NCBI GenBank assembly: GCA_001643675.2
Contig: LSRY02000020.1
Location: 496,001-560,000 of the forward strand
Direction: 5' to 3'
DNA from: Monocercomonoides exilis PA203
Lineage: Eukaryota; Protista; Preaxostyla
DNA length: 64,000 nucleotides
A model generated the notes under the pieces. That model ran no database searches. It saw nothing but the letters and a program-made list of their open reading frames with translations, and had not been told where the DNA came from. Position numbers and translations under genes: made by a program. Below are positions 35,105 to 48,056 of this stretch, piece by piece. Numbering within the stretch: the first letter of the stretch is position 1; each line of letters begins with the position of its first letter.

Positions 35105-37497
35105 ATGATAATTGATCAATCACTGATCCATCATCAACTGCCAGGTATTGTGATTACATTTGCCGATATTTTATTTTATTATAATTGTTTTTTAAGTTGT
35201 ATTTGGATCAGGAAGTGGTCCAATTATATGTTTGTTTATTGCCTTTTTTGGATGTTTGCTATACGCAACATTTCAAGCTGGGCACATCCACAGGCAAGGA
35301 TTAAAACAAAATGGAGTTAGATTCGCGTTTTTTTTCACTATCGGATGTTACTTGGGAATTAATTCACTTTTGTTTATAACTCCTTTTCCTTGGGGAGTGT
35401 ATACATTCTTTATATTTGCTGACGGTCTTCCACGCTTTTTGTTAAATTTATCAATTCTTCTTTATTCATGGTGGCTTATGCAAACAATGTTGGAACAAAA
35501 AATAAAACTGAGATGGAATAATGCTATTCATTCAGTTGCCGTGATTGCTCTTTCAACTTTGCACATAATATCGTTGATTTTGCAGATAACAAATTCAGTT
35601 TGAGATTTATTGAGCTTTAATGATTAATAATTTTTAACTTCTTCCACAGCTGAAAAGCGAATCTGAGGATCGACAGTCAATTGGATCAAGACTTTCAACA
35701 ACCGCACTTCTAAGTACTCTATTATACGGAATAATAGCTGTAGCTATGATCATTGATTGCATGTTTTTGTTTAAAATGCTTAAAGACACAAAAGATCAAA
35801 CTATGAGAAGAATGGAATTACTGTTCATATTTGGAACAATTGGCGTATTAAGCATTTACCTAGTTCATATTATTTGGCTGATACTGATTATTTGTCGAAA
35901 AAATCGCTATTTTCAATTAACAGAAGAATTCGCAGGGAGCTGCACATCAATTTATAACGAAGACAGTGATTTTCGCTCCTCATGGTATTTGCACATATGA
36001 TAATTTTTAATAAGCTTAAATTTTGTTTTGCAATTGCGCTGCAAAAAAAAATTTTTTTAAATGCGACAGTTCAATATTCTCTTTTTTGTACATGTTTTCA
36101 GCTTTGTTTTTTGAAGTGCTACCGATTCTTGTTCTCTTGGCGTTCTATTCTTTTATTGACCAAGAAGCCACAGTCTCCCGAGAACAGTACGTGTCAATGA
36201 ACCCTCTTTTGAAAGGCCTTTCCAAAAGCAAAAGGAAGAAAAAAAACTCCTTCAGCTCGCGCAAGCACAGCCACTCGCACCGCCGCTCCACCCGCATCTT
36301 CGATCACATGTCGACTGTGCAGGCAGCAGCTGACCTTGTCGACCGCAGCCGTGTTTTGTACTCGCGGCGGATTTCTGTGGCGCAGGCAGCCGACGACAGC
36401 CGGCTCGACATCACCGTCAACGGGCGCCGCGGCACCATCCACCGCGTGTCTGTGTCGAAGGGGAGAGAGAGCATCGACGGCGGGCCGCGGACACTCGTCA
36501 TCAGACGCGTGGGCAGAGGCGGAGAACACAACCAGTACGTCTCCTCGTCCACACCGCTGGGGAAGCTGATGATGCTCCCCGAGCGCATGGCTCAGCCAGA
36601 GCTGGCACTGGAGGACAACGGCCTTTCCCCGTTTCACCATGTCACTCCTTCTGTTCCGGTGATCCCAACAATATCGTCTGCACAAGCAATGCCAGGCGAT
36701 GCAGCTAAAACTGCTCAAAACGCAACTGGAATAGAAAATCTGGCTGGGGCACAGAAAACACTTCACAGGCCTTCGATATCACCTTCTTCTTCTTCTTCTT
36801 CTTCTTCACTTTCACCTTCAGCTCCTTTTGCAGGACACACTTCACAGACAAATGCACCGACACTTCACATGAGCACCCAAGCAGTCAGACATCAAACAGG
36901 CCCATCACAAACCGACTCGTCAATGCAGAATGGACTGCAAGGGAGAGATTCAATCGTATGTCAATTTTTTATTCTATTTCTCTCATTTTGAAATAAATTA
37001 TTTATTTAAAAAAAATCAAATATTATAAAATGAAATAGAGTTTTGCTGGTACTTCATTCGACACAACCCGAAAAACATCCATTGATGACTTGATAAGAAA
37101 AAGGTGTGGATCCACCGACACACAACAATGGCGAGGGGCGCTTGAACACAACGGACTGCTCAACTTACCAGAAAACAGCGAAATCATTGTTGAAGCCATT
37201 GATGAGTCCGGACAGCCCTTTTACACGACGCTTGATGCACTGGAGCAGGATGGGGAGTACGAGTTCGAGTTCTATGACACCGAAGGAGAATACATTGGAG
37301 ACGACGGTTTTGTTCTGGAGACTGACGATTATGTGCCTGGAGACGAAGCTGCGAAACAACAAGGCGCATTCCAGGAGGAGGAGGAGTATGACGAATACGA
37401 GGAAGAAGGCGAAGAATATTATGAGGAATATGCAGAACAGGGTGTTGGAAATATTCTAGAAACCGCACAGCAAGAAAGGAATAGATTGAACAGTTAA
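35105..37497 (+). CDS. Multi-pass (about 7 TM) membrane protein, GPR137/TOM1-like, with a long disordered acidic C-tail; 5 exons
   Basis: Consecutive hydrophobic helices across ORFs 35232, 35746 and 36023, LPRFLLNLSILLYSWW, last TM ending FFEVLP; GT-AG introns join the frames. Confidence 0.55.
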
Positions 37498-37938
37498 TTA
37501 TGCTCAATTAATAATTGTGATTTAGCAATATTAACTGAATCATATTAGATTTTATTTTTATCTTATGAATTCAAATGATTAGTTGTTGTAAAGTTGTTAA
37601 TTATTATTTTATGTGTTATATGTTGATTTATTTTTATTATTTACATGAATTTTTGTATTTTTGTGAGATTATTAAAAGAAAACTACATATTATTTTATTT
37701 GTAAAGGGATAACATGATCTTAAATGGATTTATTTGAAGAGAATCAGCTTGTAAAAGAAGAATGCTACAATTCTTCCATGAAAAACCATACACATTTACA
37801 AAATAGCATACCACCAAATGAATTTGAAATGGTTTAAAATATTTATTGTGACTGAAATATTTATGTTGTTATTTTTCTTTTTATTCATGTGTGCTATTTG
37901 TAAATGAATTTTTTAATTCAAAAATTCACTTTACAAAT

Positions 37939-40915
37939 ATGGCAAATGTGCTTCAATATAAAAACGTTGAATTTAATATTAAGTCTCCAATTTATTACAC
38001 AGCTAAAGATGAAAACAAATCTCAAAATTCTTTTAAAAGTGATTATGCAAAAGAGCAATCAAAAGTTGTTTCTGAAGTTTGATGTTATAATCAAATTTGA
38101 TTTTGCTATAACTTTTTGTTTTATTTCAGTCGAATTCCCGTCTTTCTGTGATAAGAAATTGCCTTGTGGGCTACTCTATCAGAAAGTTCGACCAAATTTT
38201 CTTTGAATTAGGATTTATTGAATTTTCATTTATTTAAAATTGTATTTTAAGGTCAAAGCAACACGAAATATATCGAGATTCTTCTTTTATAACAAAGCCT
38301 TCATTTGTATGTTTTTTCATTTACTATTTTTTTATTTATTTTATTTTCATTTTTTCAAGCATCTTACGCAACTTCCAATGAAATGTTACAAAGGAATCGA
38401 ATCAAAGAGAATAACATGCTGCTCTTTCTTCCATTATTCAGCAAAACATTCTATCGAACCTTCATATCTTCTCACAGGAGGAGATGAGATAAAACTTTGG
38501 TCAATATTCCACAACAACTGTTTAACAGCAAAAAATTATCAAAGCATGTAAATTTTAGTTTATTTTCAATATGTATAATTGAAATTCATTTCTTCTTCTT
38601 TTTTTCAATCATTGAACATAAATAGCGAAAACGCCAACTGGATGCACTTGTCTACAATGGCAGCATCAACCATTGAAATCGTCTGGTCTTTTCGTAGATC
38701 CATCAGAATCTCATCTATTTGCAGCTGGGTTTGGCGATGGGACAATATCATTGTATTCTTCGTCTTCCTCATGCCCTATTCTTAACATCCCCTTGAGCAT
38801 GCAATCACCGCCACTTAGCACATTTTGTGCTTCTGCTGATTCTCTTTCTCTTCAGTCATATCCGTCCTCTGAACGAATAGTACCCCTTTCATCTGTCATG
38901 TTCCATCCCATAATCAGATCGCTGCTGTTTGCAGTTGACTGCAGTGGAAGATGGGGAATGTGGGAAATCGAGCGAAAAGAGCGAATTGCGTGCTCTTCAC
39001 TCACCGAAGGCAACTTTTCATCGACTCCCCATTCTCCAAAGGCAATGTCAACTACATCATTTCTGTCTCCTCAATGCTCGTCGAACGCATACTCACCATT
39101 TTCTAACGCGATAAAGCCATTTCACAGTGTTGCTTCTTCTTCTTATTCACGATCTTTGGCTGGTGCAGAATGGGCTCCACATCCTTTGGCATTTCATACA
39201 GATGGATCTTTGATGGCTGTTGGGTTTGCACTTGCATTTTATTTACCAGCTTTTAGTGATTATATACATCGATACTTTCTTTATCATGATTTATATGTTT
39301 TCTTCATTTGGTTGATGAATACATTTGTAATGCTTTGTTTTATTCTTTTTATGAATTTTTATTTAAATTTTAATCAATTGAAATCAAACAGAGACAACAC
39401 AACAATTCGATTAATTGATTTGCGCACAGGAAAAGAGACATCAACACTCAAGAATTACAGCAGCTCTCCAATCAATTCAGCGTCATTTTGCGACTCTGCT
39501 TTCCAGTCAACGCCTGCAACCTCAAGGCAAACAAAATCTGAATATTCCACAATTTTTGATGCTGGATCACCTGAAAAGGATATGAAGACATTGAGATCTT
39601 CATCAGGCGTGCTGCCTTCTTCTGTGTCAAACTGCTTACCGTCATCGTCATTTCATAACTCGTTTTATTCGCTTGCTGCCTCTTCTTCAAAAGCGCTGTA
39701 TCTTTTTGATCTTCGCATGACAGAGCCTCTTGCCTTTGTCAATTCGTCTTCACTGGCTGCTCTTCACCACTCTTCCCAGATGTCTCCAATTTCTGGTTGC
39801 ACTTGGATGGTTTGATCATTCATTCTTCAGAATATTTTAAGACATTTTTTCTTTAATTGATTAAATCTTTTTCGATTTCAAAATAAAAATTTGCGTTTTT
39901 TTAAAATCCAATTTAGCCATCTTATGATTGTCTTGTCTCTGCATCTGGTTCTGATGTAACGATGTGGAACGGAAATTTGACATATCTTACTTCTACTCGT
40001 TCTCCAATTGACACATTTACTTCGAGTTCATTACCTTCTTCTTATTTTTCAAACACAAGATCTTCATCAGGCCTGTTTGAAAGTCAGTCATTAGAACAAA
40101 ATGAATTATTCACGAAATTCAGTTCACCATTGTCTTCGTCGTCTTCACTTTTTCAATATTCTTCAAGCCCTTTGTTTTATTCCTCTTCTCTTTCTACTTC
40201 ATTTCGCAATCCACATCACATTACTCAACCATCAATCACTTCAACGACAATCTCCACGCATCCATCTTTTGATTCAGACGGATATCTGCCATTTCACACT
40301 AATCAAACAATCACGCATCAACAAAACTTTCGCCCTCAAAGTATTCCATTTGGATACAGATTAGATGTTTCTTCTGGTATGCAATGCACATTTTCTTTTT
40401 TTCTTTTCTTTTTAATTAATCATATTCCAAAAATTTGAATATTTGATTCCACATGAAAATTAATTTGTAATCAATTAGATGCTGAATTCATTGCAGTCAT
40501 TGATGATGATGGTAATCTTTGCGTGTTTTCGACGAATGACAGTCAGCATTCGACAAGTACAGATGCCAATTTTCAGGGAGTCAGATTGCTTGAAGACAGA
40601 GAGATACGCAAACATAACATTCCGTTTGATTCGAAAAGAGAGAAAATGGTCTTTATTGACATGGCATGGGGCGGGAAAAAAGCAATGAAAATTTGTGATT
40701 ATCTTGATGAAGATGATGATGACAATGACCAAGAAGAAGAAAATGAAGACGATGATGAAATTGACGAAAATGAAGTTGAAGGAAAAAGCGAAAGCGCTTC
40801 AGAGGGAAAATATGTTGATTTTTACACAAAGCCTATTGCGCCATTTGAACCATTTTTGATAGAATCAAGTGGATGTGATCGTCGAATGAAAATGAGGATG
40901 GACGATGAATGTTGA
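37939..40915 (+). CDS. PRPF4: U4/U6 snRNP WD40 protein Prp4-like, highly divergent, multi-exon
   Basis: SVIRNCLVGYSIR, RITCCSF...IKLWSI, FAAGFGDGTISLY, VMFHP...RWGMWEIE, LAFHTDGSLMAVG, LIDLRTGK and SSGCDRRMKM follow the order of PRPF4 motifs (ANYSLPR, CKLWSV, DGSVKLW, VMWHP..WRLWDLE, AFHQDGSL, VWDLRTGR, SYDRTFKLW). Confidence 0.62.
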
Positions 40916-41378
40916 CACACCATAGATTTTTTTTTAAAAAAAATCTTTAAAGCAACCAATTGACAACCACCATTGTTTAAAATGTATTGCTTTTCATATT
41001 GTTTCATTTTTTTTATCAAATTTTTATTTTTTTAAGAAAATAACGTTGTGAATATTTTTCGTGATAATTTTTGTGTTGTTGAAAGTTGTATGTTGTATTA
41101 AATATAAGCTTTGAAATGTAATTGACTTGTATGAACAAATCTGTATTATTTGTTGAATTATTATTTCATGTTTAGTCTCTTTAGTTTCTTTTGTTTCTTT
41201 CTTTTTTCATTTTCAATAATGGAAATAAATACGATTATGATGCCACAACATTTGGAATCAATGTGTAAAACGGCTATCTAACGATAACACAATACTTAAA
41301 ATAAGATAAAAACAAATGTCAACAAAAAATCATTGTAAACACGAATCGATAACATAAAAGATAAAGTTATAAATAAAA

Positions 41379-43239
41379 TCAATTGACCGCCAATGGAATA
41401 GTATCTTCTGCAATTAAAGGAAGTTCTTGAGTTCTATTTCTCCTGCGACTTGACGCACTTAAGCTTTTTGTTTCTGTTGTATTTACGAATGCTTGAGAAT
41501 CTTCCTGATCAACCAGAAGATCATCAATCATCTGATAAATGTCATCGACTTGTTGCTGACTTAAAGCATCTAAACTCTCACATCCATTGTTTCTATTTGA
41601 ATCTTCTAACCCAACCAACACATCATTTCCACCTTCAGTCTCATCATTAAGCATTTGTCTTTCGCTCATATCAATTCGCTTTTGTTTGTCATTATCAGAA
41701 GAAGAGCTACTGGAGCTACTTTGCTTCTGATTTGCACATAGTTTGCTGCATCGAGTTGGACAGAATGGCAAAGATGGGAGAGCATTGCTTGAAACAAGCG
41801 ATGGTGGAATAACGAAAAGTCGTCTTAGGAGCAAGCGCAGAGCTTTTATGAAAGAGATTTTAGTTTTTGAATAGTCATTTTTCGATGGCCAGAGGCTTGC
41901 AATGCTCACAATAGAGAATGGTAAAAGGATCAGAGAAATAAACAGCAGCATCATCGAACCTAATAAAACAATGACATGATCATTCTTTAAAGAAATGAAA
42001 AAAAAAAACAGAAAGATGCAATGAATATGATTGAAATTATTACAAGTCATGATTTTTTCTCTTCGAATAGATTCATTTAAAAGGTCATAAAAAAAACTTT
42101 CACCGCTTTTCATCACTGAAGATACAGTTGAAGCATACCAAATAATCAGATCCATTTGTTTTGATGCATCCATAAACCAATGTTACCATCATCGTTACAC
42201 ATTCAATGGAGCTTCCGAGAAAACTTCCGATGGCAAATAACGAAAACAGTCCATTATTTCTTCTCCCTACGCAGCTGTTTACTGCAGGGCAATGATGGTC
42301 AAATCCGACAACACAACATTCACAATCATCGCAATGAGAAGTATGAGGAGGTTGGTAGATTTGGCATGTTTGACAGAACTCAAATTGCTCAATAGGAAAC
42401 CCGACTCCATCCGACCCATCGTTTCCCATTTCTTCTGATGTTTTATCGTTTTGAAGTGTTGAATGCAGGGTATGTTCAGAATGTAAAGCTTGTTGAGATG
42501 ATTGGCAATCTTTAATTAGTGAAGTTGGTCGATCATATTCCGAGAAGATTTGTGATGGAAGTGGAGAAGGAGTAGAAAATTGGAAGTTTTGTAATACAGG
42601 ATCCTTGTATGTCTGAAATTTCTGACTTTTGTTATCTTTAGGTTTCTCTGAGATTTCTTTAATTGACGTTTGAATTGAATTGCTCCCTTGCGCTTTCTCT
42701 GGAAATAATAATGATGAATTCTAAATATTAGTTTAAGCAACGTATATTAGATAAATAAATGCACATTTTCAGTTTTTGCTATGCTACTACGAGATGAAGG
42801 AGGCTGGTAAGGCTTCAGCAAAGGATGATTCTTTGGAAGTTGAAATCCTTTTGGCAAATAGCCTGGATCCGTGCACTGTATTGACATATATAGAGTCAAT
42901 GGGAGAATACTGCAAAAGATTACTTCAGCAAGAAATAATCCAAATGGTATCAATGGATATAAAAATACAAGACCACTTTGATAATAATGAATATTTTATT
43001 TTTGAAAAACAAGCATAATCTTTCTAAATATAAACCTAATAGAAACTCCCAATATTAGACTAATCAAGAAAACAGAGCCAACAGGAGACGGACCACACAT
43101 ACATCGCCCCTAAAACAATAGAAAATGGAAATATGTTTTTCAGTAAAAAGGAAAATACTTATAATTTAACAAGTTTAACCCAGCAACAAATGAAATTATG
43201 CGATGTTATTTGTGGCTTCCGATAGAGCTCCTTTTTCAT
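41379..43239 (-). CDS. DHHC palmitoyltransferase (Erf2/ZDHHC9-like), multi-exon
   Basis: FCQTCQIYQPPHTSHCDDCECCVVGFDHHCPAVNSCVGRRN, TDPGYLPK, N-terminal HNFICCW/GRCMCGP, and TM helices. Confidence 0.9.
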
Positions 43240-43609
43240 GTACCAATAATTATATTATGGCTAAGGTTTATTTGGCACAATCATGAATTCATTAACTTAT
43301 TCCAGAAAAATTATAATCATTTCATTCAGAGAAATAATCATTTAATCTTGTAATTTACATTTATACGAAATGATGATAATTTTTCAACAAAAGTTATAAA
43401 TAATAAAACAAATCTTTAAAAAAAATATGATTGCAGTCTCTTCAAAAAATGAATCAAGCATGTGGATTTGATATCACAAATTAAGTATGAAGCGAATGCT
43501 ATGTCCCTGCATTTTGCTCAGGTTCACAATTTCCAGAGTGTTCATCAAAAACAGACGAAGCACAAAAATAGAAATAATTGTTTTAAAAAATACATCCTTA
43601 AATATCTTT

Positions 43610-44545
43610 CTATGTAATTTTTTTCCTAGATCTTCTTGCACGAATAAAAGCAAATGGCTTTAAGAAGAGAAGACAAAATACAGGCAACAAAACAAGTCCA
43701 GCATAAATAAAAGCTTGACTAATCTTCTTTTGATTATCCGCTGCATCAAATGCAACTCTTCTAAGTGCCCTACTCATCTTTAACGCTTCTAGCTCTCGAG
43801 TGGAAGGATCATTTAGCCATTTTTCTACAACGCATGTATCGTTCCAATTACACATCACATTTAGTTTAAAAATTGTATCTTCCGTTCGTTTAACAATAAT
43901 TTTTGTATCATTTGGTACCCGTTTTTGAAGCGCTGTTTGAAGTGCAACATGTGCGGTCAAATAAATGTTCGGATCTCCCAAAGTGTAAAGCTTTTTAACA
44001 AGATCGACCCCTTCGTAATGCTTCTCGACAATGTAATCTCGAAATCCTTGATCAATTGCTTTGTGATATTCTTTGACCCATGCATTTATTACACTACTTC
44101 CTTTTGGAGCAATTAGGAAGCCATTTTCAATATATCTTATCCCCCAGTCAAAAGACGACAATGCAAGAAGCTGTGCTTGTTGTTCCTTTGCTTCTTCATG
44201 ATAGCGCTCAACAATTTTTGAATCTTTGAAATAAGTTGTTGCGTCTATCCATATTCCTCCATATTTTTCTAAAAGCCGTAAGCGAATGTAATCTGCTTTG
44301 TTTTGATCACAAAGCCAATAAAAATGTTTTGGAAAAGTTTTCATGTCCAGATAAAATTTAACGTTATCTGGATTTAAGAAAATTAACGGCATGTGATGAA
44401 AAATTTTAATGTTCCGTTCAATATAAGCAGGAACATGCCACGGCATTCTATTTCCCCAATACATCCATATTGTGGTTGGATACTCCTGAGAAACCTCCGC
44501 TCCCATCAGTAGAACACATAGCATTAAAATAAAATAACTTGACAT
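43610..44545 (-). CDS. DXD glycosyltransferase (GT32/capsular-polysaccharide-synthesis-like), signal peptide plus C-terminal TM; intronless
   Basis: PTTIWMYW, KADYIRLRLLEKYGGIWIDAT, IENGFLIAPKGSSVINAW; ends with a TM helix and RSRKKIT. Confidence 0.85.
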   Translation of the reverse strand: MSSYFILMLCVLLMGAEVSQEYPTTIWMYWGNRMPWHVPAYIERNIKIFHHMPLIFLNPDNVKFYLDMKTFPKHFYWLCDQNKADYIRLRLLEKYGGIWIDATTYFKDSKIVERYHEEAKEQQAQLLALSSFDWGIRYIENGFLIAPKGSSVINAWVKEYHKAIDQGFRDYIVEKHYEGVDLVKKLYTLGDPNIYLTAHVALQTALQKRVPNDTKIIVKRTEDTIFKLNVMCNWNDTCVVEKWLNDPSTRELEALKMSRALRRVAFDAADNQKKISQAFIYAGLVLLPVFCLLFLKPFAFIRARRSRKKIT

Positions 44546-44953
44546 AGTATTAATGTTGAAATTAATTTGTTCTCAAAACGATATAAAAGCAAAAAGAATT
44601 AATTAAATAGAATTACGTTGGTAACATTTATAATGGGAACAATTGAAGTGTTAATCTTGAAGAATGAAAGAAAACCTCCATGTATCTGCAGCTTCAAAGC
44701 AAAATATGTTAAAATCGTTATTCAACAAAAAAGATTACAAAGAAAATTCAAAACATTCATACAAAAATTTTCAAATTTCAATTTTGCTCACTCTGTTTTT
44801 CACAAAAATTATTATTATTATTTTATTCTCTTTTCAATAAATTTTATTCAATTTTTTATTTCATTTTGCAAGAGTTTTGAAAAGATTGCATTTTTTTCCA
44901 ATCAACTTTATCCATAACAAAAATAGTTTGATCGTTGTTGAAGAAGCATTGAA

Positions 44954-45834
44954 ATGTGTGCAGTATCCGTACAGATTGTTAAACCAAGTTACCCTTCGGA
45001 TTCTTATTGTTCTAGTATTCGAGAAGATATATCTGTGGAGTTTGAAGCGTTATTTGTTTCTGTGGAAATTTTTTTAATTGTAAATTTAATTTATGAAATA
45101 CTTTTTATTCACATTTTTAAACGAATATCTTACGGTTGCTACTGAAACCTGCTAGCTCGCAAGATCTTATTGTTGGATCCATTTCAACTTCTCCTCAACC
45201 TTCAATTACTCCGACGAAACCATCAACTCCATTTTCACCAAGTCATTCATTCTTTGATATGCAAATTCCTTTTTCACTTGCAGAACAACGACCATCACTT
45301 AAATTTGTTATTGCTGCTTCTAATGCAATTTGCATCCTTCTTCAACCAGTTTTTCACGATTTATTTATTTCTGTAATTCCGACAGATCCAACCTTGGAAG
45401 ACTTTGACGAACTTTTTACAGAACACGGAAAGGTGATTCATGACAAAACAAAACATATGTTTCATTTCGTTGGACATTACGCACCAATAACCATTGGGGA
45501 GATAATTCATTCAATATTTTTATTTTATCAATTAATTCTTATTGAAGAAGATAACAAAAGCAATTTATCTTCAACGATCGTAACTGAAGATAACCTTGGA
45601 ACCCTTCTTATGTGTGGAATGATGATTTCTGTGAAGATGGATCGCGATGTACCTTTCAGAAATAGTTGGTGGGCAAAACTGTTCAGGATTGGTTTGGAAG
45701 TTGTGAATCAATCAGAATTGGTTTTTTTGGAAAAAATTCATTTTCAAACATTAATGGAAGAGAGAGATTTTCAAGATATGTTTACAGTACTTATCGGAGG
45801 ACTGCTGTTAAATGAGAGAAGAAACTCCCTTTGA
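44954..45834 (+). CDS. Divergent cyclin, PHO80/cyclin-P(U)-like; intron 45040-45155
   Basis: VTEDNLGTLLMCGMMISVKMDRDVPFRNSWWAKLFRIGLEVVNQSELVFLEKIHFQTLMEERDF fits the Pho80-type pattern (K..DD..Y.N..wa...g.....lN.lE..fL..l.f.l). Confidence 0.7.
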
Positions 45835-47063
45835 AAGTTTTAAATTCAAACATTTTAAAGTGTAAAAAAATCTTCTTTTTGATCCTTATTAACGATCCAT
45901 CGCTTCTGAACCATGAAAGTTATTTTGCATGTTTTTTAATTTCGAGCTTTTAGATTAAAATTATCGATATATGTTTTTTTATTTTGTTTTTATTTCTAAA
46001 TGTTAGCTGTACATTATTTCTACGCCTTTGATTGTTTTGTTTATTACAGGCCGTATTTGTGCTTTCATCTGTTTAACATACGTTTTTACCTTTATTTTTT
46101 ACAAGAACTTATTGTTATTTTTTTTCATATTGAACTTATAGATTTTTTGTTTGGAAGATTCGTTCCGATTATTTGGTAAGGTTTTACCTGAGAAATCGTT
46201 TTCGAATTGAACTTTGTTTGTTAGAGATTTTAGTTTTATTTTTAATGTTTCATGCCTGTATTACCTATGATGTGTTCCCTCTTATACTTTTATTTTTTTC
46301 TGTTTGCACTATAAGTGAGTGTGTAGTTTTATTATGATTTTAGAAATATTAAATGAAACAAAGGTATTTTTTGCCTTTTATAAAAAAGGAATATTGTAAA
46401 ATGATTAATATTGTTAATGTTAAGTTTGTTGTGTGACAACAAACGCTTTTTAATGGTACTTTTATGTTGGGATTTGGAGCGTTTTTTGTATTCTTCAGTA
46501 TGGCTTTTGATTTTATTATTATTATATTTTTTTTGTTTGATTCTTGAAAGTAAATATTGGATTTACAGAGACAACAAATCCACTGTTATTTGGCAATGGC
46601 ATTTCATAAGCATATTTCTGGATTATTACACTCGATATTTTATTTTTCATATAATATCCTTTTCATTTTATTTTTTTTTTATTTTTCATATTTCTTTCAA
46701 GATTCCATTTATTCCATTTGCTTTAATAAAACGACTGTCATTAATTAATCCTTTTTGATTTTTGAGATTTTTCAATTAAACTTTTTAAAAAATATACTTC
46801 ATCTTAATTTGCTAATATTCAATGAATTTATTGCCATTCATAACAGAAGCATAGTGATAATATTTAGATATCGTAAAGAATATCCGCAACGTGCAGTGTA
46901 TTACTTAAAAAGTATTTAGCCACGCATTACCAAAAGAGCGAAAATAAAATGAAGTGCTAATTACTATAACTTCAAAACTAAAAAAAAAAATCAGATAACA
47001 CCAATACAAAAGCGTTTCTTTTTAATTTTTCTTAAATGTACTGGTGCTGCTTAAAAACTTTGT

Positions 47064-48006
47064 TCATGCAACTTTCTGAGAAACAAAGAAGCGTTTAAGA
47101 TAGAACACTTCCCACACAGATACTACAACAATGAAAATAATTGAAACAACAGAGTAACGTTTAACGGTTCGAAGTGTTTTTGCTTTATGAGTCGATTTGT
47201 TTTCAAATTTGTGGAAAGCGAACACAAAATTTTTTCGGTTGCGTTTGAACAGTTGAAATAAATTATTAAAAGTATTTAGTTAACACATAAATTAAGTCAA
47301 ATAAAAGTATACCTGACTGAGCTGCACTTTCTGTTTCCCGTTCTCGTGTCGCAGCGATTTCAGATGAAACTGCTTTTGAAACTTCTGCCATTGATCTAAC
47401 ATTTGCTGCGACATGATCAATTTCACTTGCTCCACTTTCAGCCTAACAAATTTGCGAAATTATTTGTAAAAGTTCAAAAAAAATATTTCCAAAACTCCTT
47501 TAAAAGTAACTGCAGATGCACCAGATCTCAATTTCAGATCAACGATTGTATGAACATCAAATATTGTGCTATCGACTAATCATAAATAAATTGTAAAAAA
47601 AAATATTCAAAAAAATAAATACCTTTTTCTGTTTTATTGTTCCAAAAACAAATAGAATAATCTCCATATGCTTGGGCGGTGAATGCAAACGATCCTTTAT
47701 CCAGATCAGTACGAGAAACGATAACTTTATGTTTTGAATCAGTAACCTTTTAATAATATCAATAGCAAAGAAAAATATATAATCAAATAAAGCAAAAAGA
47801 AGTTAATTATTTATACATCTTTTACAAAATTATTATTATCAAACGTTAAAATCAACAGTACGTCCATATGGAATTAAAGTGAAATTCCCGACAAAAAGTT
47901 CTCCGCTATTCAATTCTTCGAAAATGCACTGCTTTCCTGGATAACGAATCTCCAATTTGATGCTGGAGCTGAATGAAACCAACAGGCAAAAAATAAAGCC
48001 AATCAT
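47064..48006 (-). CDS. p24/emp24/TMED GOLD-domain cargo receptor (delta-like), 5 exons
   Basis: Signal peptide, GKQCIFEEL, GSFAFTAQAYGDYSICFWN, a coiled coil, a TM helix, and the tail WEVFYLKRFFVSQKVA. Confidence 0.88.
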
Positions 48007-48056
48007 AATCTTGTCAGCTTTGTTATCTAACTTATGGGCAAAGATCAAACGGTTGA
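48007..48056. promoter_or_regulatory. Probable bidirectional promoter/overlapping 5' regions (50 bp between divergent ATGs)
   Basis: p24 ATG at 48006 (minus strand) and SPAG8-like ATG at 48057 (plus strand). Confidence 0.5.

Noticed and set aside
46411-46758. Hydrophobic 115-aa ORF
   Set aside because: TTG start and F/I/L/Y composition typical of T-rich non-coding DNA.
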